A stretch of DNA of 64,000 nucleotides from Callorhinchus milii (taxonomy: Eukaryota). Shown piece by piece: positions 12,855-25,730 of this stretch (position 1 is its first letter; every line of letters starts with the position of its first letter). The notes beneath the pieces were generated by a model. It saw nothing but the letters and a program-made list of their open reading frames with translations. It had not been told where the DNA came from and made no database searches. A program made the translations under genes and the position numbers. The stretch is taken from NCBI RefSeq assembly GCF_018977255.1, contig NW_024704743.1:71674001-71738000 (forward strand), written 5' to 3'.

Positions 12855-13225
12855 AACCTTGCATCTTGTACGGTAGTGCCTTATATGCCAAAATATCTTG
12901 AAGCACTTTACATGATTACATTATGAAATGTAATGACTGTTTCTATAGGCAAAACACAGAAGCCATTTGGTATACAGCAAGACCCCACAAACAGCCATGA
13001 GCTAAATGATCAATTCAGCCAAAGGATAATCAGAGTTTAACAATTTTCTTTTTCATTCATGGGATCTTTAACATACACCTGAGGACAGACAAATGGGACC
13101 TCAATTTAACATCTCATCCGAAGGATGGCACCTCCAACAATGCAGAATCCCCCCAGTATTGATCTGGAATATCAGCCTGGACTGTGGGCTCAAGTCTGAT
13201 ATGGGGCTTAAACTTAAAATCTGGA
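12855..13225 (-). mobile_element. Old Deu-domain SINE (SacSINE1/AmnSINE-like)
   Basis: TTTAACATCTCATCCGAAGGATGGCACCTCC and CCCACAAACAGC on the plus strand are reverse complements of Deu motifs. Confidence 0.85.
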
Positions 13226-13739
13226 ACCTGACCAGCAACAATTTAGCGCACAATATCTCACCATCACAAGTCATTTGTAGATTCACAGAAAAGAACCTTT
13301 CCTTTCACTCAATCCAGGATTGTTTGTGGGACACAGTCAATTAATTTACAGTATACCCTGTGAAGTGCTTTGAGACATCTTGAAGACATGATAAGGGGGT
13401 ATATCAAAGGCAAGGTTTATTATTATTATTAGATTTTTTAGTGGGTTAAAATCTAGTATTTGTCGATATCCAACAATTTTAAAGAAATTCTGTGGATTTT
13501 GGACCTGAAAGTGAATTCTTTTAACAAATTCAACAATTCAACATACCAGGATGCCTCAGTTTACACAGCATTGGTTGTGTGATAAATGACCATAGGCACC
13601 ACAAATTGTCTACCCACCCAATGTCACCTGCAGGGATGTGAAGTGGATCAAACCATATTAAAGTTGCTCAATAGACAAGGCTCTGCTTACTGTACTGTGT
13701 GGTTCAACTTCATTGAAGGATCAGGTCCCAAAGTTATTT

Positions 13740-14190
13740 AGATACAGGAGACATGCAGGAGGTCCGAGTTAGCTACGCAGTGGAGGTGAGCAGAGGAGTG
13801 TGGTAGGAGAAGTCATAGAGATAGGGAGATGCTGGAGCATGAAGAGAATTATAGATGAGAGTTGTCCTTGGGTTCAAGTCCCATATCAGACTTGAGCCCA
13901 CAGTCTAGATTGACACTTAAGCACAATACTGGGGGAATGTTGCATTGCTGGAAGTACCATCCTTTCAATGAAATGTTAAATTTAGGTGCCAACTGTCTGT
14001 TCTCAGGTATATCCTAAATGTCCCATGACACTGAAATTGATCTCTTGGGAGCCAGGGAATCAGTGACGCCCAGCAAGGACTGGGTGATAGGTGGACGGAG
14101 TTTGATGCAGGTGAGAATGCGGACGGGGAGCTTAGGATCAGACAGAATTTTTTGGATAGCGGAATTTAGGGAGGAGTGGATTTGAAAAGA
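13740..14190 (-). mobile_element. Very old L2 fragment interrupted by a plus-strand Deu-SINE piece (~13865-14030)
   Basis: Decayed antisense L2 ORF2 3' similarity on both sides of GGTTCAAGTCCCATATCAGACTTGAGC...CCATCCTTTCAATGAAATGTTAAA. Confidence 0.55.
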
Positions 14191-16169
14191 CCAGTCAGGG
14201 GTAACCTTTCAGTCACCTTCACACATCACCTTTTACAGCCTCTTTCCCTTGTCTGTCGAACACTCGGGTGTGCTCCAATATTATGACACCCACTTCAACT
14301 GTGTCCTGAATCCCTTCAAACGCCTAAAGCAACATTAGAAACAGACTAAGTAATGAGCTGGCAGATTAAAATTGCAGGTGTAAGCTATAACGTGACATGC
14401 AGCACATCTCTACGACAGTAAAGAGGTTGCTGTCACTTATTGTGAGTCTTGCTCTTTAAACAGAGTAATGATCCTTGGTAGTTTTGCCTTCAGATACTAA
14501 CTTTCAACGTGTGGCCAAGCTTGGCTTAAAGCTAACGCTTTAAAACTCACTTTAAAGCCTGTCGAATTTTACTTGAGAAAACAACTCGTGAATTTTCCAG
14601 GGAAGTTCAATATTGATCGAATTGCTTTATCAACCATTACATTAGTAGCTGCTTGAAATAGGAGGGTCAAATAGGAAGGCTCTAAATTAAGATAACTACT
14701 ACTGCAAAAAAAATTCACACCTGTTTAGGCGCAAGGCAATGCCATAAGAATNAAAAAATATTCTCTCTCCGCCCTCCCTCAATCCCCTTCTCCATATTAC
14801 TACCATTGAACCACATTTCTTGTACTGGTATTTACTACATTATTGAACACTTTTTATGCTGAGCACCACATGGAAACCAAGGTACAACAGTAACTAAATT
14901 TGCAGTGACACTAACGCTTGAAGGCTGGTTAGAATAGACACTCATCCGCTTTTATTTTTGACATGTTTAACTGGATAAAGCACAGTCCTGTTTGGATTTC
15001 CTTGTATAGCAGGGAGACATTTGCATTGATGTGTCTTTGGGTACAACACATTCCTTTGTTTCTGTAGATGAAACACATTAAAACGCTCTGGAAATTCAAT
15101 TTTTTATTACATGCAGAAAATTTATAGAGGTGTGTTGAAGATCATGCCCTTAGATTGCAAATTAAGTGCCACCTTTACCATCCAACGCAATTGTTTCTCG
15201 CAGCTTTCAAAGTGATGAATGTGGACAGTCTTTTGTAATTCCCTTTCATATACTATTGCAGTATTGGCACAATTTTCCAATTGTTTGGTGTGAGCATGCT
15301 CCAGAATGTAAGTGCAGTATTTGCATACAGGAGAAGGGAACAGAAGAGTTTAGGGGGAGACTAAGGAGAGGTGAAAGGAATGAGTGGGGACTCATGGGAG
15401 TATAAACACCAGCACAGATTACCTGGGTCAAATGACCTCTTTTGGTGTTATCGATTCAATATAATCAGAAGGATGGAAAATTGAACAGTGGGAGTAAAGG
15501 AAGTGGACATGCCTGGTTACAAACGGTACCTTCAGTGGTAAAACAAAACAGACAGAATTCAATACAACAAAGCCTAATTTGTGCAATGTGTGCAGTATTG
15601 TTTTATGATGAGACGAGGTAAACGGTATAGAAAGTGTTTTGTGAAAATTAGATTTATGGAAATTTTAATTTACAAACAGGTGAAAAGATTGTTTACAAAG
15701 TATATAGTTATCTCACATTACATTATATTCTGTGAAATGCTTTGAGACGTGCTCCCACGGTGAGAGATGCTATATCAAACACAAGGGTTATTATTATTTA
15801 TAACATGCTGGCACTAGTTGGACCCTTAATAAGAGGGAGCAGAAAATATATCTTCAAAAAAGAAAGAAGTGAACCCACACCAGTTAGCATTTTGCCACAA
15901 AATATACAGTCAATTCACTTTACAATCTCTTCTGTGAAGTGCTTTGAGATGTCTCAACGATGTGATAAGGTGCTATATCAAATGCAAGGATTATTATTTA
16001 TTATGGGGACAACACTTCACTTAACTTAATTAACCTGCTCCTTTGTATGATACAAGTGATGGCTTCTGAGCAGCGCTATGACTGGGATAGTGAAAATACC
16101 ATTACAAACTCTACTGGAGGAAATTTTTCAAATCCTCCAACTCTGGACCTGATAAATGCATTAGTGGCA

Positions 16170-16550
16170 GCCACAATCGTGAAATGGATAGAGCTTCATC
16201 TTATGGCCCTGGAGATCCCCACTGGTTTGAATCCTGGTCCGTGCTGTTTCTTGTTCTCAGCCATAGCTGCATAGGGAGGTTAAACTGGCACCAACCTTCC
16301 CAGGGCTAGGGAGGAGAAACCCGGCTTGAGGACATGCTCCAGATCCCTCTACTGGCTATGTGTGTGTGCGTGTGTCCGCGTGTGTGGCAGCCGGGTGAGG
16401 AGAAGTCAGGCTCGACTGTAACAGCCTTTAAAGGTGTGTGGACAGCTAACACTGACTGGCACAGCTCATACATGCAACAAGCACCTATGGAATCACATCA
16501 CAGAAAAGGTGAGGCCAGACCAGGAGCAGAGAGTCATGTGCCAAATGGGA
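16170..16550 (+). mobile_element. Old SINE-like repeat, not Deu-type (second copy ~19920-20140, minus)
   Basis: B-box-like GGTTTGAATCC followed by GGTCCGTGCTG...TCTCAGCC...GGGCTAGGGAGGAGAAA...GGGTGAGGA; similar reverse complement at 19920-20140. Confidence 0.5.
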
Positions 16551-19500
16551 AGAAAATTGGAATAAATATTTGGACACACTTTTTTAATGTATAGAAAATA
16601 CATTAGCACTGCCAGAGAAAAACATTTGTGAACAATGCTCCAAGGAGAAACTAATTAGCTCAATATTTCAAACTGTGCTTTTGTCTTGTCTTGTGCAGCC
16701 ATTATTAACTTGCTTGGGCTTGCACAGAAATAGCATTAAGCCACAGGTTTGTCATCCAGCTCCTAGGTAATCAAGAGGTACCCAGCAACGTTCACAAGTG
16801 TACAACAAACGGAAGTATTCACGGATTACCACCTGGTGGGTGTTATTTCATTTGTGCAAAAGACTGTAATAATCATCTTATAAGTGGTGTGCTTGTGAGC
16901 TCTGCATCAATTCACACTTGTGAGCACAGGACTTCATGTTCTTGCATGTTGTCTTGGCACCTCCCATACCCCATGGAGATTATAACCAAGATTCACTTCC
17001 AGGTGCCAACTATTTCTCAGAGACTGAAAGGTCTGCGAGAATCATTGGTCTCATTGCTCAGCACTTGCTTATCTTCGTAGTAGATTCACATTGAAAACCT
17101 ATGAGCTGGTTGCTGTGGTACCATGGAGCTTTCTGTTGTTTGTTATACTGTACTGAAATGTCCAATTTTTATTACAAAACCATTGTTTCATAGCAGATAC
17201 TTTGCATAACATGCTCATTACAACTTTTGGTTTTTGGTCATTTTCTTAAAGAGTATGTATAGGCTAACATGACAGCCCTTGCTGTAGGCAAATTAGCTGC
17301 CAAGTTCACCTACAAAATACATATTTACTGGACTCTACAGTAAATTCTTGTGAAGTGGTTTAGAGGTCCTCAAGATGTGAAAGACACTATATCAAAGATT
17401 ATTATTATTAATTCAAATATAAAATACACCATGCGTATCACTTCAATTGAGGTGGTTATTTTCAAAACTTTGCTGTGGCCTTAAAACAGATAGGTCAAGC
17501 AGTTTTAGTGCAAACCAATGCAAGGTAATCAATATTGGACAAGAAAATGGAAGTACGTGAATATGCTGAACAAGTAGCAATCAGCAGAGGCGGAGAAGGA
17601 AAAGGACCTGGGTGTGTTTATTGATCATTCACTAAATATTTTGATAGTCAATATGAAGATGCTAATAACAAAGTCATTCTTTTCTTCTGTCTGTTTGATT
17701 TACAAAGTCAATATGATTGATGTTGTCGATCAAGTACGAGTGGAACAGACTTTTGAACTGGCATTGTGATGGTTTGCTAAAATGGAAGTCTTGCTCTGTA
17801 CCTAGGGGGAGGAAGGGGCAGAACCAAGGTCATATTAAAGCTGTGTTCTCCTCCCCCGCAAACCCAAGGCCAGTCTCTTCTCCTATGGATTCCAGTAAGT
17901 GAACAAAGCGTGCAGCCTTGTGATGCATGCCTGCGGAGAACAGAAGAAACCTGAGACCTAGACACGTGGCTTAACCATCCTGTCGAGGCCTTGTTGACAC
18001 AAACTCCATCATCCCACAATTCTTTCTTCAAAGGGTTCTGTGTGAGGTGGCGTCCACAAGTGGAAGGTATTTGAGTGACCTTTGGTAGGAATAGACTGAT
18101 GAGCTGAATGCCGTTTCTTTATTCAATGCTTTCTGATTATCTTATTTTACTGTTTCATGTTGAGAGGATGTCTCAAACCATTTCACATGATGTACAATAA
18201 AGTGTAGTGACTGTTTTTCGTAGGTGAATGTACATTGTCCTAAACTTAAATGAATCGATAGACAGTGAACAATACCATCTTGTCGCCAAGATGATCCATT
18301 TATTGACAAGGAAAGAATAACCCTATAATGTTAGCTTACCTTCCCAGCGAAAATTCCACTGGACTTGCCTGGCCTCAAAATATATTTTTCAATTTTAAAA
18401 AATGTGAAAAAATGAAATTTATGCAACAGTATTTGAAAGTATTTGTAAATACTGAATCCCATTGGTAACTGGATGTGCCCAATGTTGGACGAGCTCTGCT
18501 CTGACAATTTCCTTCCAGATGTGTTTGCGCTCTGGGTAAGCACTCCGGGACGCTACCCCTCATGAAGGGCACTATAGAAATGCAAGTTGTTGTTGTTCAT
18601 GTGCCATTTCCATGAATCTCCGTGCCGCACATCTAGTTACTTCAGGATCAGTAATCACAAATCCTTTGTAAATCCTGTTTTGAACTTCTCATGTTTGACC
18701 CCCGGATATACCAAATAAGCAGATTATATCAATTGTGTGAAGCCCTTTGGGAGGTGCTGCTAAAGTGAATGGCCCTATATTAAATGCAAGGATTATTATT
18801 ATAAACAGCCCAGAAGTGAATGAGCAATTTTATAACATATGACTAATAAGATATAATGCTGGTGTGTTTTTGATGATTTCTTTATTTGAGCTAAAGTAGA
18901 TTTTAATTCCTGTATAATTGCATCTTTTTATTTTTTGCTGATCCAGACTAATCATACCATGGATTATTTTGAAATGTGGCCATTCTTATCTGCACCTTGA
19001 ATTCACTCAATGCATATTTATTGTTGGTTAACCATTATTTCATTATATTGTGTCATATACAGATGGCACAATGGTGCAGATGGTGAGGCAGCTGGGAATA
19101 AACACAATTCTTTCTATTCCAGATTTTTTGCTGAACTCAATATGAATTAAGTTTCAAGTACAATGGACGTAACATTGCTCATTTTATAAAACAAAATGGG
19201 AGCCCGTTCAACATTGTTTTTCAATGAAATACTAACAATTTTATGGAAATTCACTGCCAAAATGTGCAGTGTAACCAGAGGATTACACAAAGATACTGAG
19301 GTTCAGTTCCATGGGCACTAGTCACCCTGCATTACCTTACCCAAGTAGCTGCTATCACTATTTGAGCTTTGACAGTGAATGTAAGCAGGTTGTTTGATGG
19401 TGAGAGAGTTTTTTTTGTCTGTCAGGTATTTGACATAATTTAGAAACCCAGCAACTTGTTTAAGAGTATCCAAACCACGATGAGAATTCCATGCATCCCA

Positions 19501-19919
19501 CCTACACATGGAAATTCCTGTGAACTTGGAGTGGATTGCACATTCTACCCCTGAGGGCATATCCTGATTACCAAATTCCAGATAGTATTATGCACAGGCT
19601 GCCAATACAAAGGCTTATCCAACTAGAGGCAGCCTATCCATTAGGACTTTGGTTAACAAGATGTGAGTGGAACAATCTCTAACCCCAGTGACTGCTCTGC
19701 CTCTCCAAGTCCTAATGATAAACTAGGCTGTCAGGTCTATTATCAGCAGTGCCCTGGAGTATTGAGGACCTGCCTGGTTAAGGAACTGGACTATCAAGAC
19801 TATCACAGAGGATTGACTCAATTCCGCCATTCTTTTGCCAATAATGTCACCTTGGAGCCAGTTCAACTTCAATGAGACCTCCTTACCTTCTTACCTCCCC
19901 TCACAAGGAGAATAGTGTG

Positions 19920-20140
19920 TGAGAGGCACTATTTCTGGCCCGTGCTCTTTCTTCACCAGATCTGAATACACAAACATTTGCAGCAGAGACTCCCTGTACG
20001 GTGAGTGAGACGTCTAGCTGATTTTCTCTTCCTATCCAAAGGCAAAATTTACCAACCTGGCTGAGGTCAGCTAACCCAGCATGGACTGGCATGCAAACCT
20101 GAAACCTTCAGTCTGTTTGACCTCTCCATAGTGCCATGAG
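19920..20140 (-). mobile_element. Second copy of the same old SINE-like repeat
   Basis: GGCTGAGGTCAGCTAACCCAGCATGGACTGG...AAACCTG is the reverse complement of the B-box/body of the 16170 copy. Confidence 0.45.
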
Positions 20141-20149
20141 ATGAGGGTC

Positions 20150-20330
20150 AATAATAATAATAATAATCCTTGCATTTGATATAGCGCTTTTCACATCTTC
20201 TAGACGTCTCCAAGCGCTTCACAGAATATGGTGTAAAGTGAATTGACCGTATATTTGTGGGCAAAACGTAGCAGCCAATTGTGCACAGCAGTGTCCCACA
20301 AACAGTTGTGGATATATAAATAGTTGATGA
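20150..20330 (-). mobile_element. SINE 3' half (Deu remnant plus L2-type tail)
   Basis: (TAA)n-TCCTTGCATTTGATATAGCGC...GCAGCCAATTGTGCACAGCAGTGTCCCACAAACAG. Confidence 0.9.
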
Positions 20331-20369
20331 AAAGAGAATGTAGAAATGAAGAATAGAACAGGGCTATAA

Positions 20370-20780
20370 ATGTTGTGGAGGTGAGGGAAAGCTGAGCGAG
20401 TGAGAACCTGGATGTAGGGATTAGACTAGAGGGTCAAACAAGGCACCAAACTTTTGTTCCAATTCCCATGTGATGAAGTGAGAACCCATGCAGGTTGATA
20501 TGGTCAATGTCTGAGGTCAGAAGTTGCTGATGGGAGATAAACAGGGGAACCTCGGTCATGCTGACATTCTGAAGAAACCGAAGGAAGTTAGAGCTTATCC
20601 AGGGCTTGATGTCTTTCAGGCAATTGGTGAGAGCAGCAGTGGTCTTGGACTCAAGGGTAGAGGCAGAGATGCATTTCGGTATCATCCACGTGCATGTGGA
20701 AGTGAACCCCTGACATCATCATCAACTAGGAGCATACAGATGGCGAAAAGGAGAGGATTGAGGATAGAGTTGTGAAGAAT
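20370..20780 (-). mobile_element. Old L2 RT fragment
   Basis: ALTNCLKDIKPWISSNFL..LQNVSMTE resembles L2 [20 protein letters not shown]. Confidence 0.75.
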
Positions 20781-21711
20781 GTCACATGCAAGTGGTGGAT
20801 GGCTGCTAAGTCAGCACTTAACCCACACATTTTTCCCCTGAACTTCCTTATAAAATTTCACTTTATCTTTTGCAGATGACAAGACTATGGTCCAAATCTT
20901 TGGCTCACAACTCCAATACCAAATGCTCAGCACTAATCACATGACAAATATGCTAGGACCTGTACCACCACAAGGCATGTCATTCTGCTCCATGTAGCAA
21001 ACAAGTTCCTAGACACTTAACGCTATTCTGCATCATTACAATAAATAGCAATAATGCAATTTTAAAAGTCTGATGTTTCATTCATAATGTCATGTTATTT
21101 ATAATTTAACGTTGCGCTACAGTATATCCTATGAAGATCTTTTAGACGTCTCAACAAAATGATAAGGCATTATATCAAATGCAAGGATTATTATTGTCAT
21201 GATTATTATTATTATTGTTATTATTATTATTATCTGCATGCACAAGGACAAATTCACAGAATATAGGAAACGGAGGAGAGTGGCACTTAACCCAACAGAA
21301 ACAAAATAATTTTTTTGAGCACAAAGGGCAGATTAATCCCCAAAGAACATAAGACACATTCATCCTGACTTACTTACTCTCACCCAGTCAGAGGGCTATA
21401 ATCACAGCTGAATAGTGACAGATGGTGCAGGCAGATGACTAGGGAGGTGCACAGGAAGACGATCATGCGGAACAGGGGATGTTAGTAATGTCAGCAGTAA
21501 TCACCTTTTGTAAGGGTGAGTGAACACGACTTGTCACATGCTTACACTCATGTCTGTGTGCAATATTTTATTGGCTGCAGATTTGTTACCTTCAGTTTGT
21601 TTTTCCCCTGCAGCCTGCCCAGCAATCATTAGAAAGATCCCTTCACCCCTTCCTACTCCCTGCTATTGCTTTCTTTGAGGGGTGAGATTAATGTTGTTAC
21701 AGTACGAAACA

Positions 21712-21920
21712 CTGGATAGCTCAGTGGATGTGAATTGTGCCCTTTGACTTATGAAACCTAGGTCCAAATCCAAGTGAGAATGAATAGAATGAGTCTCTTT
21801 CTGACAGTTGTGAGCCTCGTACAAGATGTTAGATTCAGCAGCCTTTGTCCTACCCTAATAACACAAGTCCACAGTACAATTCCACCCATAGTTTTGCATC
21901 AATTGGTGCTAAATGGGGAG
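21712..21920 (+). mobile_element. LF-SINE-like ancient SINE fragment (tentative)
   Basis: CTGGATAGCTCAGTGG A-box, CCTTTGACTT...AGGTCCAAATCCA B-box region, later GTCCACAGTACAA...AATTGGTGCTAAATGG; recalled similarity only. Confidence 0.4.
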
Positions 21921-22238
21921 TTTTACACAAAGAAGCTACAAAGAAGTTTGAAGGTTGAAAATAGGGTGTATTTGGGGGTTGATGTTAAGGCCTATTGACT
22001 GGACAGTGGGAGAAAGCTTTACGTTTTAATAAATATATGCTATATCTGTTCTGTGAGTATGTCATATCGAGAGCAAGACATTTCTCTTATAATAATGATC
22101 CTTGCATTTGATATAGCTCCTTATCGCATCGTTGAGATGTCTGAAAGTGCTTCACAGAATATACTGCCCACAAAAAAAATACGGTCAAGTCACTTCACAG
22201 TATATTCTGTGAAGCGCTTTGAGACGTCTAGAAGACAT

Positions 22239-22663
22239 CTCACCTCACCTACAAGGCCATTCACGGCCTTGCTCCCTCCTACCTCTCCGACCTACTATTC
22301 CCCTACTTACCTGCCCGTAGACTCCGTTCCTCTGGCTCTGGTCTGCTCCACATCCCCCGCCCCAACCACCCTACCATCGGTGGCCGGGCCTTCAGCCTCT
22401 CAGCCCCGAGGCTCTGGAACTCCATCCCCCAGTGCCTTCGCCGCCTCCTCCCTTTCCTCCTTCAAGGCCGGTCTCAAGACCTTTCTCTTTGACCGAGCCT
22501 TCAGCTCCCCTCTCGACTCTCTACCCCCTCCTCGCTCCCTCCCTTCCCTCCCCTCACCCTGACCATTTCCCCCCTGCTCGGATCCTGACCCAACTGACCA
22601 GCGCCTTGGGACGTCCTCCCAACGTGAAAGGCACTCTATAAGTGAAATCTTGTTGTTGCTGTT
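22239..22663 (+). mobile_element. L2 subfamily A 3' fragment nested in SINE tails
   Basis: Near-identical to the 3' ends of 2244-3819 and 30456-31928; tail GAAATCTTGTTGTTG. Confidence 0.95.
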
Positions 22664-23094
22664 GATATCAAATGCAAGGATTACTGTAAAGTGAATTGAC
22701 TGTGTATTTTAAATGTATATAGCCATTTAATTTTGCGGTTGAAATATGGCTAATTGTGGAGACTTTAACCTTGTGTGTTTATAATATGTTAATTATTCTA
22801 CACCTTAGTATATCCCAACATGAAAGGCCCTATATCAAATGTAAGGATTATTATTGTTATTAAATGAGTAAGTCATTCAGCCAATGGAGCATATGCAGAG
22901 TTAACTGCTCTGATCGCAACTCTGCTGTTTTCCCATAGCTGTTCCCATATCCATTACTCTATGGCAAATATATCTTCTATTCTATATTCTCTAATTCTAC
23001 TTGAAACCATTTTAATTTTAATTATTATTTGATATACAAACTACAGTTGTGCTCTGACAGTCTGAGTCAAATAGCGTACTTATGTCTGTATCAG

Positions 23095-23414
23095 TAGAGT
23101 CTGTAGCTCAGTGGTTAGAGCACTCACTTTGCAAGCGAGAGACCTGAGTTCAATTCCAGGCAGGGCGAAACCTTGGGCAAGTTTCCTTACTCCACACGCC
23201 TAATAATAATCCCTCCAAAACTAAAAACAATAATAAATTGGTCATTTTCAATCTACGACTGTTTGTGGGACATTGCTGTGCGCAATTGGCTGCCACGTTC
23301 GCCCACAAAAATATACAATCAATTCACTTTACAGTGTGTTCTGTGAAGACCTTTGGGACGTCCTCCCGACGTGAAAAGCGCTATATCAAATGCAAGGATT
23401 ATTACTATTATTAT
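23095..23414 (+). mobile_element. Young full-length tRNA-derived SINE (~320 bp)
   Basis: A box TAGCTCAGTGG, B box GAGTTCAATTCC, CCTTGGGCAAGT, Deu remnant GTTTGTGGGACATTGCTGTGCGCAATTGGCTGCC, L2-type tail, (TTA)n. Confidence 0.97.
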
Positions 23415-23864
23415 CACATCTCTTAGCGTTTAAAAAAAGCACAAGTCCACAGCTCTCTCACCCACCCCACCCCGCCCCTCAGTCTTCTTTTATAAGGAGA
23501 GCAAGTTCAGTTTTTTCAGCCTCAAAAGCATTTGTATAACTCCCAATCTATATTTATTGTTTCTTCCCTTCTTTGAAAATATTTTGATTTGGCCTTTACA
23601 ATAGTTTTGACATGATCAGTCAGTCATATAATCCTAGCCTCGCTATGCTTCTCTCTATCCTCATAGGAGTTTTTTCCAACTCCCCTCAAGTTCTACTTCC
23701 CTTTAATCTTAACCTAGATGTTTTTTCATATTTCCAACTCAATACACTGCTGTATTATTTATTTTTATATTCATTTTTAATACAGTATCAATTATTTTCA
23801 TTGTACCATGATCAATGGTATTGCAACAGTGCAATCAATGATCAATGACCAATGCTCTGTTGGC

Positions 23865-24245
23865 AGCTTGCTCATCTCTGTGTCAGAAGGTTGGTAAATT
23901 CAAGCCCCACTTTGTTGGGCATGTCAAACAAAGATCCCATCTAACTGTTCAGGTGAATATTAAAGATCCCATGACACTATTCGAACAGAGAAGGGAGCTT
24001 CTTCCAATGTCCTGGTCAACAATCCCCTAGAGAATTGGTTATTCACTTCACGGTTGTTTGTGGGACATTGTGCAAATTGGCTGCCACATTCACCTACATA
24101 GGAACAGAAGTAGACCATTCAGCCCCTTGAGCCTATTCCTCCATTCTATTAAATCATGGCTGTATACAGTTACACCACTTTACTGCTAATCCTGTGAAGA
24201 ACTTTGAGTCATCCTCCTCAAGAAAAAGGTGTTGTATCAAATTAA
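23865..24245 (+). mobile_element. Old Deu-SINE interrupted by an antisense CR1 3' tail (~24097-24165)
   Basis: Deu motifs AAAGATCCCATGACACTATTCGAA and GTTTGTGGGACATTG; inserted ACATAGGAACAGAAGTAGACCATTCAGCCCCTTGAGCC. Confidence 0.75.
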
Positions 24246-24668
24246 TGAATGAATAATGAGTATTTTTATTCATCTAATTCTATGCTATTGCTGTCTAACT
24301 GGTTATCCCTCTCAAGTTCTATTAATATTAATGTATAATCTTTTCTATGCGCTGGTTCACATGTTGGACTGAAATGTGGAATATTTCACAACAGATTTGA
24401 TATTCATTGTGCTATCAAATTTTTTTTATGTTATAAAAGTACCCAAATTTCACCACTATATCTCACTCCCCTCAATAGACTTATTCACCAAATAGCTATA
24501 CTGTTATTTATTTGTTATCTCCCCCACTCAACAGCTGCTGTATACTCCATTCTAAATAATGCCTGTTCTCTACCTACCTCCACATGTCAGTGCTTACGAA
24601 ACATTTAATAACTTCTTACCTTGTTTCCTCGCCGTCCTCTGTTCTCACCTATATTTCTTTGATTCTGT

Positions 24669-24991
24669 GATAATAATAATAATCCTTGCATTTGATATAG
24701 CGCTTTTCACGTCGGGAAGATGTCCCAAAGCGCTTCACAGAACACACTGTAAAGTGAATTGACTGTATATTTGTGGGCGAACGCGGCAGCCAATTGCGCA
24801 CAGCATTGTCCCACAAACAGTCGTAGATTGAAAATGACCAATTTAATTATTGTTTTTGGTTTTTTGGAGGGATTATTATTAGGCTCTGTGTGGAGTAAGG
24901 AAACTTGCCCAAGGTTTTGCCCTGCCTGGAATTGAACTCAGGTCTCTCGCTTGTAAAGCGAGTGCTCTAACCACTGAGCTACAGGGCTCCA
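24669..24991 (-). mobile_element. Young full-length SINE
   Basis: Near-identical reverse complement of 23095-23414. Confidence 0.97.
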
Positions 24992-25413
24992 CATTCTCTC
25001 CCCAGAAGACGGACCCTGCTTATCTAAATCTGGAGAGTATTAGATGCAGGTCAAAGTCAGAGCCAAGGCTTAGGTTTAGAATATCCATTACTGTACCAAT
25101 GGAGTTTAATCAACTAAAACTGCATAGCTTGTGCAACCTCTGCTCCTAAACATCAATGAGGGTCAGCTTATTCATACCTACCAAAACACCTTCTACTTCC
25201 AAATCAAGCTTATATGAATCCCAATTGGTACCTTTATGTTTTGTGTTGAAAGCTTAGTTTTGTGTCTATCCATGTGCAGATCATCTGTCCTATAAAGGCT
25301 TGTGCCTGAAAAAATTCTCCAGTTATCTACAAATTCAATTTCCTCTCACACATACCATTTGCCTATTCATTCATTGAAGTCAATTATCCTCAACTTTCTT
25401 TCCATGCCCTGAG

Positions 25414-25730
25414 ATAATAATAATCCTTGCACTTGATATAGCGCTTTTTACGTCGGGAGGACGTCCCAAAGCGCTTCACAGAACACACTGTAAAGTGAAT
25501 GGGCTGTATATTTGTGGGCAAACGCAGCAGCCAATTGCGCACAGCAATGTCCCACAAACAGTCAGGGATTGAAAATGACCAATTTATTATTGTTTTTGGT
25601 TTTGGAGGGATTATTATTAGGCTCTGTGTGGAGTAAGGAAACTTGCCAAGGTTTCGCCCTCTGCCTGGAATTGAACTCAGGTCTCTCACTTGCAAAGCGA
25701 CTGCTCTAACCACTGAGCTACAGGACTCCA
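25414..25730 (-). mobile_element. Young full-length SINE
   Basis: Near-identical reverse complement of 23095-23414. Confidence 0.97.

Noticed and set aside
14752..14752. Single N base
   Set aside because: Sequencing or assembly ambiguity, not biological.
16826..16842. CTCF-like motif (CCACCAGGTGG on minus; a similar one near 42665)
   Set aside because: Partial matches only; cannot be supported without a matrix scan or ChIP data.
17777..18031. L1/Tx1-like RT relic (RRHASQGCTLCSL resembles RG.RQGCPLSP)
   Set aside because: Only one weak motif; neighbouring RT motifs not found by eye.
18340..18373. Possible 34-nt minus-strand exon with a GTAAGC donor
   Set aside because: Poor acceptor context; such matches are expected by chance in 64 kb.
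23095..23165. tRNA gene (TGC anticodon-like loop)
   Set aside because: It is a SINE head continuing into the SINE body; no complete acceptor stem or terminator, and many dispersed copies.
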